Assembly (NCBI GenBank): GCA_964580905.1
Contig: CAZOLR010000003.1
Coordinates: 2,237 to 66,236, forward strand
DNA from: an uncultured Hyphomicrobiales bacterium
Lineage (GTDB): Bacteria > Pseudomonadota > Alphaproteobacteria > Puniceispirillales > UBA1172
DNA: 64,000 nt
Direction: 5' to 3'
Of the stretch, positions 29,531 through 39,508 are shown in pieces. Made by a program: the position numbers and the translations under genes. Numbering within the stretch: the first letter of the stretch is position 1; each line of letters opens with the position of its first letter. The notes beneath the pieces are model-generated. The model made no database searches and was not told where the DNA came from. It was given only the letters and a program-made list of their open reading frames with translations.

Positions 29531-31267
29531 TTGAAAAAACATATCTTCTTTCTGGTGATTTTGATCGCCGGTTGCTTTATGGGGGTGGCTTACGGAGATG
29601 ACGTTGCCACTTCACTTGAGCTGAAAGAGCAGGGGCGGCCGGTTCTTGCAAAAAACTGGATGATTTCCGCGGCCAATCCCTATGCGGTAATGGCCGGTGC
29701 CGATATTCTTGCAAAAGGAGGTTCTGCTGCCGATGCCATGGTCGCTGTCCAGAGCGTGCTGGGGCTGGTGGAGCCGCAGAGTTCAGGCCTTGGGGGCGGG
29801 GCTTTCCTTGTCTGGTTTGATGCAGAAAGCCAGCAGATCACCACGCTGGATGGCAGGGAAACAGCGTCACGTCATGTCACGCCGGAACTTTTTCAGGATG
29901 AAACCGGTGAGCCGCTGAAATTCTTTGATGCGGTGGTGGGGGGACGGTCAGTAGGTGTGCCTGCAATACCGGCCCTCATGCTTGAGGCGCATCAGCGTTG
30001 GGGAAAACTTGACTGGGCCAGGCTTTTCGCGGACGGCATCACACTTGCCGACAAGGGTTTTGTGATCTCACCAAGGCTGGCGATGCTGGTGGCGTGGGAT
30101 CAGAAACGTCTGTCCAGATATGATGCGGCGGCAAGTTATTTCTTCCCCGATGGAAATCCTGTTGAGGCTGGCCAGATACTAAAAAATACTGATTATGCCC
30201 GGACATTGCGGTCAATCGCATCGGATCAGGGGTATTCTTTTTATCATGGCCCCATAGCGGAAGATATTGTCGCGACGGTCCGGTCCGCTGAGGGAAACCC
30301 CGGGAGGCTGGATCTCATCGACCTTGCGGCCTATCAGGTCAAGGAAAGGCCGGCTGTCTGCATGGATTATCGAGGCTTTGAGGTTTGTGGCATGGGCCCC
30401 CCATCTTCCGGCGGGCTCACCGTTGGTCAGATATTGGGAATGCTTGAAAGCTATGATCTTTCCCGAATGGGCCCTGCATCAGCCGAAGCCTGGCGCCTGA
30501 TCGGCGATGCGTCGCGTCTGGCTTTTGCGGATCGTGGAAGATATATGGCCGATAGTGATTATGTTCCCGTGCCGGTGGATGGACTCCTTAACAAGGGGTA
30601 TCTCAAGGCTCGTTCCTCGTTGCTGGATCGTGAAAATGCCCTTGAAGATGCCCAGCCCGGATCACCTTCTTTTGATGCCGCGTCTCTCTTGGCGGATGAC
30701 GAGAGCATTGAGATGCCGTCGACGTCACATTTTTCCATCATTGATCAGTATGGCAATGCGTTATCCATGACCACCACTATCGAAAATGTCTTTGGCTCAA
30801 GGCTGATGACCAAAGGTGGATTTCTTCTCAACAACGAGATGACGGATTTCTCGTTTCGATCACATAAGGATGGTGTGCCTGTCGCCAACAGGGTTGAGCC
30901 GGGGAAAAGGCCGCGTTCTTCCATGGCGCCGACCATTCTGCTCAAAGACGGAAAGCCTGTTCTGGTGATCGGCTCACCCGGCGGCAGCAGAATTATCGGT
31001 TATGTGGCGCAAGCGATTATTGCGCATGTGGATTGGGGGATGGATGTTCAGCAGGCCGTGTCCATGCCACATCTGGTGAACAGGTTCGGAACCTTTGATC
31101 TGGAAAAAAGCACAAAGGCTGAGGCCATGGCAGATGAGCTTTCCGCGAAAGGTTTCAAGGTCAGGTCACGATCCCTCAATTCAGGTCTTCACGCGATTGC
31201 CGTTACGGAACACGGGCTTGAAGGCGGGGCGGATCCGCGCCGTGAAGGTGTTGCCATCGGTAATTGA
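29531..31267 (+). CDS. ggt: Gamma-glutamyltranspeptidase, secreted/periplasmic
   Basis: 578 aa with a TTG start. N-terminal signal peptide MKKHIFFLVILIAGCFMGVAYG. Autoprocessing nucleophile region PSTSHFSIID. Confidence 0.85.
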   Translation: MKKHIFFLVILIAGCFMGVAYGDDVATSLELKEQGRPVLAKNWMISAANPYAVMAGADILAKGGSAADAMVAVQSVLGLVEPQSSGLGGGAFLVWFDAESQQITTLDGRETASRHVTPELFQDETGEPLKFFDAVVGGRSVGVPAIPALMLEAHQRWGKLDWARLFADGITLADKGFVISPRLAMLVAWDQKRLSRYDAAASYFFPDGNPVEAGQILKNTDYARTLRSIASDQGYSFYHGPIAEDIVATVRSAEGNPGRLDLIDLAAYQVKERPAVCMDYRGFEVCGMGPPSSGGLTVGQILGMLESYDLSRMGPASAEAWRLIGDASRLAFADRGRYMADSDYVPVPVDGLLNKGYLKARSSLLDRENALEDAQPGSPSFDAASLLADDESIEMPSTSHFSIIDQYGNALSMTTTIENVFGSRLMTKGGFLLNNEMTDFSFRSHKDGVPVANRVEPGKRPRSSMAPTILLKDGKPVLVIGSPGGSRIIGYVAQAIIAHVDWGMDVQQAVSMPHLVNRFGTFDLEKSTKAEAMADELSAKGFKVRSRSLNSGLHAIAVTEHGLEGGADPRREGVAIGN

Positions 31268-31453
31268 TACGATGCCGGGTTGCTTGTGCCAAATAGATTG
31301 GCGTGGAAAGCCATTGCGGTGTATAAGAATGACACCAATCTTTTTGACTGAGCAGATTAAAGGTTCCGTTTGTGTCACCAACCTTTTTTCTATCCTGAAT
31401 AAACCAACCGCTTGCCTCCATGGGTCATCGTGACCTGATGAACAGGTCCTGAG

Positions 31454-32320
31454 ATGAAACCACTTGATTATCTGCTCTATGGTTTAACCATCTTTGGCTG
31501 GTCCACCAGCTGGCTTGCGCTTAAATGGCAACTTGGCGTGGTCGCGCCGGAAGTATCCTTGTTCTGGCGTTTCGCAGCGGCGGCCGTGTTGATGTTTGTC
31601 ATCACCCGCGCTCTCGGCAAGCGGATCTGGATACCGCTCAACCAGCACTGGAGGGTGGCCGGGCTGGGCCTGTGCCTGTTCAGTCTGAATTTCACGCTTT
31701 TTTACTATGGCGGGCTGAATAACACATCCGGTCTTCTTGCCGTGGTGTTTTCGATGGCCTCGATCATAATCATGCTGATGGTTGCCGCCATCAGCAGGTC
31801 CTGGCCAAGGCATGAGCATCTTATCGCCGCGCTGATGGGGTTTTGCGGCGTTGGTCTGCTCTATGCGCCTGAACTTCAGGTCAATGAAGATATTGTGTTC
31901 AGCTTTATTCTCTGCCTGATGGGGACACTTGTGTTTTCTGTCGGGAATATTCTGTCTGCCTCAGCCCAGCGTAGCGGATTGCCCGTGATGGCAACGAACT
32001 GCTGGGGTATGGTTTATGGGGCGAGTTATCTTGGCCTTACCGGACTTGTCCGCGGTGATGAATTTATCATGGAGCCGACACTGACCTATATCGGCGGCCT
32101 GATCTGGCTGATTGTCATATCAACGGTGATTTCGTTCACCGCTTATCTTATGCTGGTCGGGCGCATTGGTCCGGGCCGTGCCGGTTATGCCACGGTCGTC
32201 TTTCCGGTGTTTGCACTGCTGATATCGTCGGTCATGGAAAGCTATGACTGGTCACTGATGGCACTGGCCGGCATCGCACTTGTTGCCGGCGGCAATATCA
32301 TCATGGCCAGAATCCGCTAA
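31454..32320 (+). CDS. EamA/DMT-superfamily transporter
   Basis: 288 aa with about 10 hydrophobic helices in two halves, typical of EamA-type permeases. Confidence 0.7.
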   Translation: MKPLDYLLYGLTIFGWSTSWLALKWQLGVVAPEVSLFWRFAAAAVLMFVITRALGKRIWIPLNQHWRVAGLGLCLFSLNFTLFYYGGLNNTSGLLAVVFSMASIIIMLMVAAISRSWPRHEHLIAALMGFCGVGLLYAPELQVNEDIVFSFILCLMGTLVFSVGNILSASAQRSGLPVMATNCWGMVYGASYLGLTGLVRGDEFIMEPTLTYIGGLIWLIVISTVISFTAYLMLVGRIGPGRAGYATVVFPVFALLISSVMESYDWSLMALAGIALVAGGNIIMARIR

Positions 32321-32751
32321 ATCCCGAAATAGAACGACAAAAGAGATATGACGGCCACGGCTGTAAGACCATGCCGGAGTTTCATATACCAGCGCGGAAG
32401 AACCCCCGCCCGCATCGCCATAATATCAATACCCCAGACAAGGATGAGCCCGAGAACAAGAAGGGCAGGGCGGAAGACCGGGGCCAGCATCAGCACGCCA
32501 ACCATCAGCAAGGACGGGATCACCGACCAGAAATGAAAAAACGGATGGCCATGATCACGTTGCAGTGCAACCCCCCAGTGAACGGCCCCGATAAAGGTGA
32601 TGATCACCGCCCCGTATATGGTCCCTGCCTCAAGTGCGGTGATGGCGAGATGTACCGGGCCAAAATGAAAGGCCAGCGCGGCCGCAACAAAGGGGATAAC
32701 GCCGCCCCAGCCCAGAATGAGAGCTGTTGGTGAAGCTTTTTCCTGCATCAC
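32317..32751 (-). CDS. DUF3429-type membrane protein
   Basis: 144 aa with four hydrophobic helices and ..GAVHWG... 4-nt overlap with the upstream glcG-like gene. Confidence 0.6.
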   Translation of the reverse strand: MMQEKASPTALILGWGGVIPFVAAALAFHFGPVHLAITALEAGTIYGAVIITFIGAVHWGVALQRDHGHPFFHFWSVIPSLLMVGVLMLAPVFRPALLVLGLILVWGIDIMAMRAGVLPRWYMKLRHGLTAVAVISLLSFYFGI

Positions 32752-33173
32752 CCGGTGACGGGCGTAAAGCCGGCGGCCTCAATGCCGGCAACAGCGGCGG
32801 CTTCGTCATTATCAGATGTATCACCTGAAATGCCGACAGCACCAATAAGCTCATCCCCATCCATGATGAGCACACCGCCCGGAACAGGGACCAGATTTCC
32901 ACCTGCAACCCCGTTGATCGCGCTGACAAAATAGGCCTGTTGTTCGGCACGTGTCATCAGTGCCCTTGACCCCATGCCAAGCTGGATGGCTCCGTTGGCT
33001 TTCCCATGGGCAATATTCGCCCGCATGATGCTGACGCCGTCTTCGGATTGCGCGGCAACAAGAGAGGCGCGCGCATCAAGCACAATGACGCTGAGAGGTT
33101 TGAGCGATTGCGCCCGGGCATGGGACAGTGCGGCGGCAATCATCTTGTTGGCGGATTCAAGTTTCAGGGGCAT
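32748..33173 (-). CDS. GlcG/HbpS-like (DUF336) haem-degrading/binding family protein
   Basis: 141 aa with ..GGVLIMDGDELIGAVGISGDTSDNDE.., typical of the GlcG family. Confidence 0.7.
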   Translation of the reverse strand: MPLKLESANKMIAAALSHARAQSLKPLSVIVLDARASLVAAQSEDGVSIMRANIAHGKANGAIQLGMGSRALMTRAEQQAYFVSAINGVAGGNLVPVPGGVLIMDGDELIGAVGISGDTSDNDEAAAVAGIEAAGFTPVTG

Positions 33174-33274
33174 GGTTTTCTCCGTATGTATTATCCTTAC
33201 CGTTCTTAGCGGCTTGGCCCTGATTTCGCAATGCCTTGCTTGCAGGAGATGTCATCTTCTTCTAGGGTCAGGGC

Positions 33275-33625
33275 ATGTCAGATTATATTTACAAAATATG
33301 CCGTCAGGCGATATGGGATGAGGCGACGGCAAAAGGACGTTTCGATGGTGCCGGAATTGACCTTGAAGACGGGTATATTCACTTTTCCACCGCTGAACAG
33401 GTGGCAGAAACAGCCTGGCTCCATTTCAACGGCATTGAAGATCTCGTGCTTGTGAAGGTGCGGGTCGATGGCCTGCCGGTGAAATGGGAAGAATCCCGCG
33501 GCGGGCAGTCCTTTCCGCATCTTTATGCAGCGCTCTCTTTCGAGTATGTTGAAAATGTTCTCCCATTGCCGCTGGCACCATCTGGTGAGCATGTTTTTCC
33601 GGAGGAAATCCCGCCACGTCCTTAA
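33275..33625 (+). CDS. DUF952 family protein
   Basis: 116 aa with ..GYIHFSTAEQV.. and ..FPHLY.. motifs. Confidence 0.65.
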   Translation: MSDYIYKICRQAIWDEATAKGRFDGAGIDLEDGYIHFSTAEQVAETAWLHFNGIEDLVLVKVRVDGLPVKWEESRGGQSFPHLYAALSFEYVENVLPLPLAPSGEHVFPEEIPPRP

Positions 33626-33703
33626 CCTTGCGAGCACCGCTTCAGGGCAGGTGACTTCCGGGGCTTGATAAAGAGGATGAATTCGGGCTAAAAGGGCATG
33701 CCT

Positions 33704-33788
33704 GCGGATGTGGTGAAATTGGTAGACACGCTAGATTTAGGATCTAGTGCCGCGAGGCGTGGGGGTTCAAGTCCCTCCATCCGCACCA
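33704..33788 (+). tRNA. tRNA-Leu (anticodon TAG)
   Basis: Acceptor GCGGATG/CATCCGC. Anticodon arm CTAGA-TT-TAG-GA-TCTAG. Long variable arm (type II tRNA). T loop TTCAAGT. Encoded CCA. Confidence 0.9.
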
Positions 33789-33868
33789 TCTATACCTTGT
33801 GCCAGTCTTCCTGAAGCCTGCGCTGATGCTGATTACTGGTACTCAAGCTTTACTACGGGAAACTCAAG

Positions 33869-35449
33869 ATGCGAAATTTTTCATCCCCTGGCCGTTCCGC
33901 TGTCCGTGCGCAACATTGTGCGATATCAACGTCGCATCCCATGGCCACTGCAGCAGGATTGAGAATCCTTTCCGAGGGGGGGAGTGCCGTGGATGCGGCG
34001 ATCACCGCTGCGGCGCTGTTGTCGGTGGCTGAACCGCATATGACCGGTATTGGCGGTGATTGTTTTGCCCTCATATCTGCGGATGGGTCTGCTAAAATTG
34101 AGGCGCTCAACGGTTCGGGACGCGCGCCAGCATCCATCACGGCCCAAGCCTTGAGGGAACAGGGGCTGGCTGAAATACCACGGCACAGCCCCCATGCGGT
34201 GACCGTACCGGGATCAGTCGCGGCCTGGAGCCGCCTGCATGAAAAATATGGCAAACTGGACTGGGACAGGCTGTTTGCCCCTGCCATTGATTACGCCCAA
34301 AACGGGATTGCGGTGCATGACCGTGTCGCAAGTGACTGGGCCGCGCATGTGGATAACGTTGCCGAAGACAGCGATGCTGCCGCGCAATATCTTAAAGGCG
34401 GAAAAGCCTTCGGAGCAGGAGATATCTTCACCCAGCCACGTCTTGCAGAAGCGCTGAAACTCATTCAGCAACATGGCCGCGACGGCTTTTATAAGGGTCC
34501 TGTCATGGAAGACATGCTGTCCAAGCTGCAGCGGATGGGCGGCTTTCACCATGAGGACGATTTTGCCGGTGCCGATGCCGAATTCGTCCGGCCGGTCAGC
34601 GCCGAATACAAAGGCTATACCATCTGGGAGTGCCCGCCCAACGGGCAGGGGGTCGCGGCTCTTGTCCTGACCCGGATGATGGAGCATTTTGATCTTGCCG
34701 GTCTCAATGAGGTGGACCGTATTCATGTTCTGGCCGAAGCATCCAAGATTGCCTATCATATCCGCAATACCTATGTGGCCGACCCTGAAGATGCAGACGT
34801 TCCGGTGGACTGGCTTCTTGATGATGCGCAGATCAGCTCTTTTGTGAAGCAGATTGATCTTCAGCAGGCAAAGCCGGTTACGCCATCTGATTTTCCTGAT
34901 CATCCGCATACAATCTATCTCGCCGCTGTGGACGAGAACGGCATGGCGGTCTCATTCATCAACTCAATTTTTGATGACTTCGGCTCAGGCATTTCAACGC
35001 CGGAATTCGGGATACTCTTCCAGTCCCGCGGCCGGGCATTCCGTCTTGATGATTCGCATCCCAATGTCATTAAGGGCGGCAAGAGACCGCTGCATACCAT
35101 CATTCCGGGCATGATCACCCAAGGTGATACACTGATCGGCCCGTTCGGGGTGATGGGCGGGCAGTATCAGGCCTGTGGTCATGCCATGCTTCTGTCAAAT
35201 CTTTTTGCTCTCGGACTCAACCCGCAGGAAGCCCTCGATGCGCCAAGAAGTTTTGCGATCGACGGCGTTCTTCAGCTTGAAGACGGACATGGTCCTGAAA
35301 TCGCGCGGGCGCTGGAGGAAAGAGGACATGTGCTCGATTACCCGGCATCACCGATAGGTGGCGGGCAGGCTATTCTCAAAGATCCCAATACAGGGCTCTA
35401 TATTGCCGGGTCTGACCCGCGAAAAGACGGAATGGCGCTCGGATATTAA
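33869..35449 (+). CDS. Gamma-glutamyltransferase-family protein without a signal peptide (likely cytoplasmic)
   Basis: 526 aa. ..MTGIGGDCFALI.. region and nucleophile region HPHTIYLAAVD. No hydrophobic N-terminus. Confidence 0.8.
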   Translation: MRNFSSPGRSAVRAQHCAISTSHPMATAAGLRILSEGGSAVDAAITAAALLSVAEPHMTGIGGDCFALISADGSAKIEALNGSGRAPASITAQALREQGLAEIPRHSPHAVTVPGSVAAWSRLHEKYGKLDWDRLFAPAIDYAQNGIAVHDRVASDWAAHVDNVAEDSDAAAQYLKGGKAFGAGDIFTQPRLAEALKLIQQHGRDGFYKGPVMEDMLSKLQRMGGFHHEDDFAGADAEFVRPVSAEYKGYTIWECPPNGQGVAALVLTRMMEHFDLAGLNEVDRIHVLAEASKIAYHIRNTYVADPEDADVPVDWLLDDAQISSFVKQIDLQQAKPVTPSDFPDHPHTIYLAAVDENGMAVSFINSIFDDFGSGISTPEFGILFQSRGRAFRLDDSHPNVIKGGKRPLHTIIPGMITQGDTLIGPFGVMGGQYQACGHAMLLSNLFALGLNPQEALDAPRSFAIDGVLQLEDGHGPEIARALEERGHVLDYPASPIGGGQAILKDPNTGLYIAGSDPRKDGMALGY

Positions 35450-35522
35450 AATTTTTTGCCCGTTTATGCTGGACAGAACGTAAAATTGTTCTAAAGTTTG
35501 AATAAATCAACTGGAGGATATA

Positions 35523-36743
35523 ATGAAACATATTACGATCAAAACAATGGTGGCTGGCGCTGCTGTTGCAGCATCGCTTGCATTTGCTGGTTCGGCTCTT
35601 GCCAAGGTGGAGGGGGATACCATTATCCTTGGATCCTCTATTTCCCTGACAGGCAAATACGCAACGAACGGTCTGCACACCCAGCGTGGCTATGACTATG
35701 CGGTCAAGATTATCAACGCCGCCGGCGGCGTTAAAGTAGGTGGCAAATCCTACAAGCTTGCCGTCAAATACTACGATGATGAATCCACACCTGCCCGTGG
35801 TGCACAGCTTGCTGAACGTCTGATCCAGCAGGATGGTGTTGAATATATGCTTGGCCCGTATTCTTCCGGGATGACCAAGGCGATCGCGCCGGTTTCGGAA
35901 AAGTTCGGGGTTCCGATGGTTGAGGCCGAAGGTGCTTCCCGTTCGCTCTTTACCCAGGGCTACAAGTATCTGTTCGCCGTTCTGTCCACATCTGAACAGT
36001 ACCTGGCAACTGCCATTGACTTTGCCGCGGCAAAGGCAGGCAACGCTTCCGATGTCCGTGTCGCCATGGCCTTCGAAGGTGATCCTTTCTCCATGGACGT
36101 GCGCGCTGGTGTTGTTGACAAGATCAACGAATACGGCATGAAGGTTGTCATTGACGACCAGCTTCCTGCTGATCTGTCCGACATGTCCACCACCCTGACC
36201 AAGGTCAAGGCGCTCAAGCCTGACATTCTGGTTGTGTCCGGTCACTCCAAGGGCGCGGCAACAGCCGCCCGTCAGATCGATGAGATGAAAATCAATGTCG
36301 ATATGATTGCGCTGACACATTGTGAAGCGGCCAAGGTTCAGGAGAAATTCCCGAATGCTGCAACCGGCTTCCTGTGCCCGACCCAGTGGGTTGAGTCGCT
36401 GTCCAAGTCTGACGCACTGTTCGGTTCTGCCGCTGAATGGAACGCCGGGTTCAAGGCGGATTATCCGTCCTATACTTCGGTTCCGTATCAGTCAGCCCAG
36501 GCATCTGCCGCTGTTCTGGTGTTTGCCAAGGCCTTTGAGGCAGCCAACAGCTTCGACAAGGACAAGGTCCGTGATGCGATTGCCGCTGTTGAAATGGAAA
36601 CATTCTACGGCGACATCAAATTCTCTTCAGCCGGGAACAACATTGCCAAGCCAATGTTCATGCGTCAGATCGGTGCAGATGGTTCCTACGCTCTTGTTGA
36701 GAGTGCTGACCAGATGGCCTTCCCACGGAAAGTCAGCTACTAA
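35523..36743 (+). CDS. ABC transporter periplasmic substrate-binding protein (Leu/Ile/Val-binding-protein fold)
   Basis: 406 aa. Signal peptide ending ..AGSALA. GGAGG Shine-Dalgarno. Followed by livHMGF-type genes. Confidence 0.8.
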   Translation: MKHITIKTMVAGAAVAASLAFAGSALAKVEGDTIILGSSISLTGKYATNGLHTQRGYDYAVKIINAAGGVKVGGKSYKLAVKYYDDESTPARGAQLAERLIQQDGVEYMLGPYSSGMTKAIAPVSEKFGVPMVEAEGASRSLFTQGYKYLFAVLSTSEQYLATAIDFAAAKAGNASDVRVAMAFEGDPFSMDVRAGVVDKINEYGMKVVIDDQLPADLSDMSTTLTKVKALKPDILVVSGHSKGAATAARQIDEMKINVDMIALTHCEAAKVQEKFPNAATGFLCPTQWVESLSKSDALFGSAAEWNAGFKADYPSYTSVPYQSAQASAAVLVFAKAFEAANSFDKDKVRDAIAAVEMETFYGDIKFSSAGNNIAKPMFMRQIGADGSYALVESADQMAFPRKVSY

Positions 36744-36761
36744 CGACTTCCAGAATCTTAC

Positions 36762-36794
36762 GAGAAGGAGAGGCAACTCTCCTTCTCTGTTTTA
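36762..36794 (+). terminator. Strong hairpin plus T-tract between the binding-protein and permease genes (partial terminator/attenuator)
   Basis: Perfect 11-bp stem GAGAAGGAGAG-GCAA-CTCTCCTTCTC followed by TGTTTTA. Confidence 0.7.
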
Positions 36795-36803
36795 GGGGAT
36801 ATC

Positions 36804-37709
36804 ATGTTAGATAATCTGCAATTGCTCTTTGTTTGGGCGCCAATCATTAATGTTCAAGTTATTCTTGAAGGCATATTTGTCGGCGCTGTTTTTGCTTTAA
36901 GCGCCTATGGTCTCGCGCTGGTATGGGGTGTGATGAATATCAAAAACCTAGCCCAGGGTGATTTTGTGATCATGGGCGGGTATATGGCCTTCAGCCTTCA
37001 TTCGATGCATGTCCCCTTGCCGTTGATCTTGGTGCTGGTTGTGCCGACCATGTTCATTTTCGGATGGATCATTTACGTTGTGATGATACGGCGGATCATT
37101 GATCAGGATATGTTTGTATCGCTTCTGGCCACGTTCGGTCTGTCTTTGCTGATGCAGCAGGTGATGAATATTTTCTATGGTCCGGAAGTGCAGACCATTG
37201 ATATGGAATTGCCGGTTTACGATGCGTTTGACGGATTTGTCACCATCCCGGCATCGAAAATTATTTCACTGGTAATGGCTGGTATCATGGCTTTTGCGGT
37301 GATCGTGTTCATGAAGAAATCCCGGCTCGGCCAGTCAATCAGGGCAACGGCGCAGGATCCCCGCGCCGCCAGGGTTCTCGGGATCAACACGGATCGTGTC
37401 TATGCGTTCACCTTTGCCTTTAATGCGGCCTTGTGTGGCGCGGCAGGCGTGCTGGTGTCGATTATCTGGGTGATCCAGCCCTTTTACGGAATTACGTATT
37501 CGGTCAGGTCCTTTGCTATTGTGACCGCGGCAGGGCTCGGAAACATGCCGGGCGTTATTGCGGCTGGCTTCGGCATCGGTCTTTTTGAAAAATATGTCGG
37601 CGTTATCATCGGCACTGCCTATGAGGTGGCCGCACCAGTCAGCATTCTGCTGATGGTTCTGATATGGCGCCAGATTCAGATGAAAAGAAACAGGCAGGTC
37701 GTGAAATGA
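36804..37709 (+). CDS. Branched-chain-amino-acid-type ABC permease (LivH-like)
   Basis: 301 aa, polytopic, second gene of the LIV-type cassette. Confidence 0.8.
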   Translation: MLDNLQLLFVWAPIINVQVILEGIFVGAVFALSAYGLALVWGVMNIKNLAQGDFVIMGGYMAFSLHSMHVPLPLILVLVVPTMFIFGWIIYVVMIRRIIDQDMFVSLLATFGLSLLMQQVMNIFYGPEVQTIDMELPVYDAFDGFVTIPASKIISLVMAGIMAFAVIVFMKKSRLGQSIRATAQDPRAARVLGINTDRVYAFTFAFNAALCGAAGVLVSIIWVIQPFYGITYSVRSFAIVTAAGLGNMPGVIAAGFGIGLFEKYVGVIIGTAYEVAAPVSILLMVLIWRQIQMKRNRQVVK

Positions 37710-38758
37710 GTGATACACAGAAAAAATTCTTGCCCTATATCCTGCTTGGTCTGCTTGGTATCTTCGGTCCCATTCTGTTTCCGAATTATACGCTGTCGAT
37801 CGCGTATCTCTGGATGATGATCCTGATGGCATCAACCTGGGATCTGCTTGGCGGGCAGATGGGGTATAATTCCTTGGGGAATATCACCTTTTTCGGTGTG
37901 GGGATGTATGTTTCCGCCATTGTGCAGATTTCCTTCTTCTATGAAGGCGGTGTCGGCGAATACACCTCAGCCATGGGGTCGATCAAACCCGTGTTCACCG
38001 ATTATGAATACTTTGCCGGATTATTCTGGGGGGTAATCGCCGCCGGGATAGCCTCGCTTGTATTGTGTCTGATTTTCTCGTCATTCATGTTCGGGTTACG
38101 GGGGCCGTATTTTGCCATCGGATCGTTAGGGCTTGCGATTGCCGCTGCGGAATTGACCATCACCATTGATTATGTTGGTGGCGCATCGGGTATCCAGATG
38201 CCGCTTTTCCCGGGTGAAATCGAATTCAGGTCAACGTTCTTCTATATTATCTGTTTTGTGTTCACCATCGTGGCTCATTTCCTTCTGCGCTGGATATATT
38301 CCACACAGTTCGGTCTCGCCATCAATGCTATCCGTGACGATGAAGACAAGGCAGAAGCCATGGGTATCCCGACCCTGACCTATAAAAGGATCGGCTGGTG
38401 CATCGCCGCCGTATTCATGGGGATGATCGGGGCCGTGGCCGGGAACATGGCTGGCTTTATAGACAAGGAAGTGGCCTATCCCATTCCGACTTTCGGTATC
38501 TTCATGGTGGCCATGGCGCTTCTTGGTGGTAAGGGGACCCTTTGGGGGCCGGTCATCGGCGCTATCCTCTTCCATGTGGTCAAGGAGGCCACCTGGACAT
38601 ATCTGCTTAACCTGCAGTGGGTTGCGCTCGGTTTGATCCTGATTGTCAACATCGTGTATTTCCAGCAGGGTATTATGGGCTGGTTGCAGACCAAATTCCC
38701 TGAAATGTTCGGGATAACGGTGGATTCATCTTCACGCGACAATGTTAAGGGGGGATGA
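37706..38758 (+). CDS. Branched-chain-amino-acid-type ABC permease (LivM-like)
   Basis: ATG 37706 gives an ATGA overlap with the livH-like stop. About 350 aa, polytopic. Confidence 0.8.
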   Translation: MSDTQKKFLPYILLGLLGIFGPILFPNYTLSIAYLWMMILMASTWDLLGGQMGYNSLGNITFFGVGMYVSAIVQISFFYEGGVGEYTSAMGSIKPVFTDYEYFAGLFWGVIAAGIASLVLCLIFSSFMFGLRGPYFAIGSLGLAIAAAELTITIDYVGGASGIQMPLFPGEIEFRSTFFYIICFVFTIVAHFLLRWIYSTQFGLAINAIRDDEDKAEAMGIPTLTYKRIGWCIAAVFMGMIGAVAGNMAGFIDKEVAYPIPTFGIFMVAMALLGGKGTLWGPVIGAILFHVVKEATWTYLLNLQWVALGLILIVNIVYFQQGIMGWLQTKFPEMFGITVDSSSRDNVKGG

Positions 38759-38761
38759 GCA

Positions 38762-39508
38762 ATGACCCGCGATATTATTGAAGTAAATAATGTTTCGAAA
38801 TCCTTCGGCGGTGTCCGGGCGAATGTCGATATCTCCATGACGGTCAAGGAAGGATCGATCACTGGTATCATCGGCCCCAATGGCTGCGGGAAGTCCACCC
38901 TGTTCAACTCTATCGTCGGGTATCATCCGATTGACAGCGGAAACATCAGGTTTGACGGGCAGGAAATTTCCAAGCTTCGTGTTGGCCCGATTGCCCGTCT
39001 CGGCTTGTTGCGGACCTTCCAGCAGACAAGGATTTATTCTGAGATGAACTGCGTTGATAACATGCAGATCTCGGTCTCCCACCGGAAAGATGCCCGTGAT
39101 GGTCTCTTTGCCAGCCGTAAAGGGGAAATCCTTGATCGTGCGGAAAACCTGCTTGAATTTGTCGGCCTTTATTCAAAGCGCAATCTCATCTCAGGTGATT
39201 TGTCGTTTGGCCAGCAGAAACTGCTTGAGTTTGCAATGGCACTGATGAACGAGCCTAAAGTTCTGCTGCTCGATGAACCGACAGCAGGAATTAACCCGAC
39301 CCTTATCAACGGTCTTATTGACCGGCTCAAGCGGGCGAATGAAGAGCTCGGCATTACCCTATGCGTGATTGAGCATAATATGCGGGTCATCATGAACCTT
39401 GCCGAACATATTTACTGTCTGTCGAATGGTCACATGCTTGCTAATGGTAAGCCCGATGACCTGCAGAATGATCAACGTGTTATCGATGCGTATCTGGGAG
39501 GCCATTAA
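38762..39508 (+). CDS. ABC transporter ATP-binding protein (LivG-like)
   Basis: 248 aa. Walker A GPNGCGKST, signature LSFGQQK, Walker B LLLDEP. Confidence 0.85.
   Translation: MTRDIIEVNNVSKSFGGVRANVDISMTVKEGSITGIIGPNGCGKSTLFNSIVGYHPIDSGNIRFDGQEISKLRVGPIARLGLLRTFQQTRIYSEMNCVDNMQISVSHRKDARDGLFASRKGEILDRAENLLEFVGLYSKRNLISGDLSFGQQKLLEFAMALMNEPKVLLLDEPTAGINPTLINGLIDRLKRANEELGITLCVIEHNMRVIMNLAEHIYCLSNGHMLANGKPDDLQNDQRVIDAYLGGH

Noticed and set aside
31295-31345. Possible terminator or structured RNA after ggt: AGATTGG..CCAATCT followed by TTTT, with an alternative inner stem GGTGT/ACACC.
   Set aside because: The outer stem encloses a 33-nt loop and competes with the inner stem for the same bases, so it is too ambiguous to call a feature.
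29288-33788. The segment bracketed by tRNA-Pro and tRNA-Leu as a possible integrated genomic island.
   Set aside because: There is no integrase, no direct repeat of either tRNA 3' end that I could find, no obvious compositional shift, and the content is ordinary metabolic and membrane genes.
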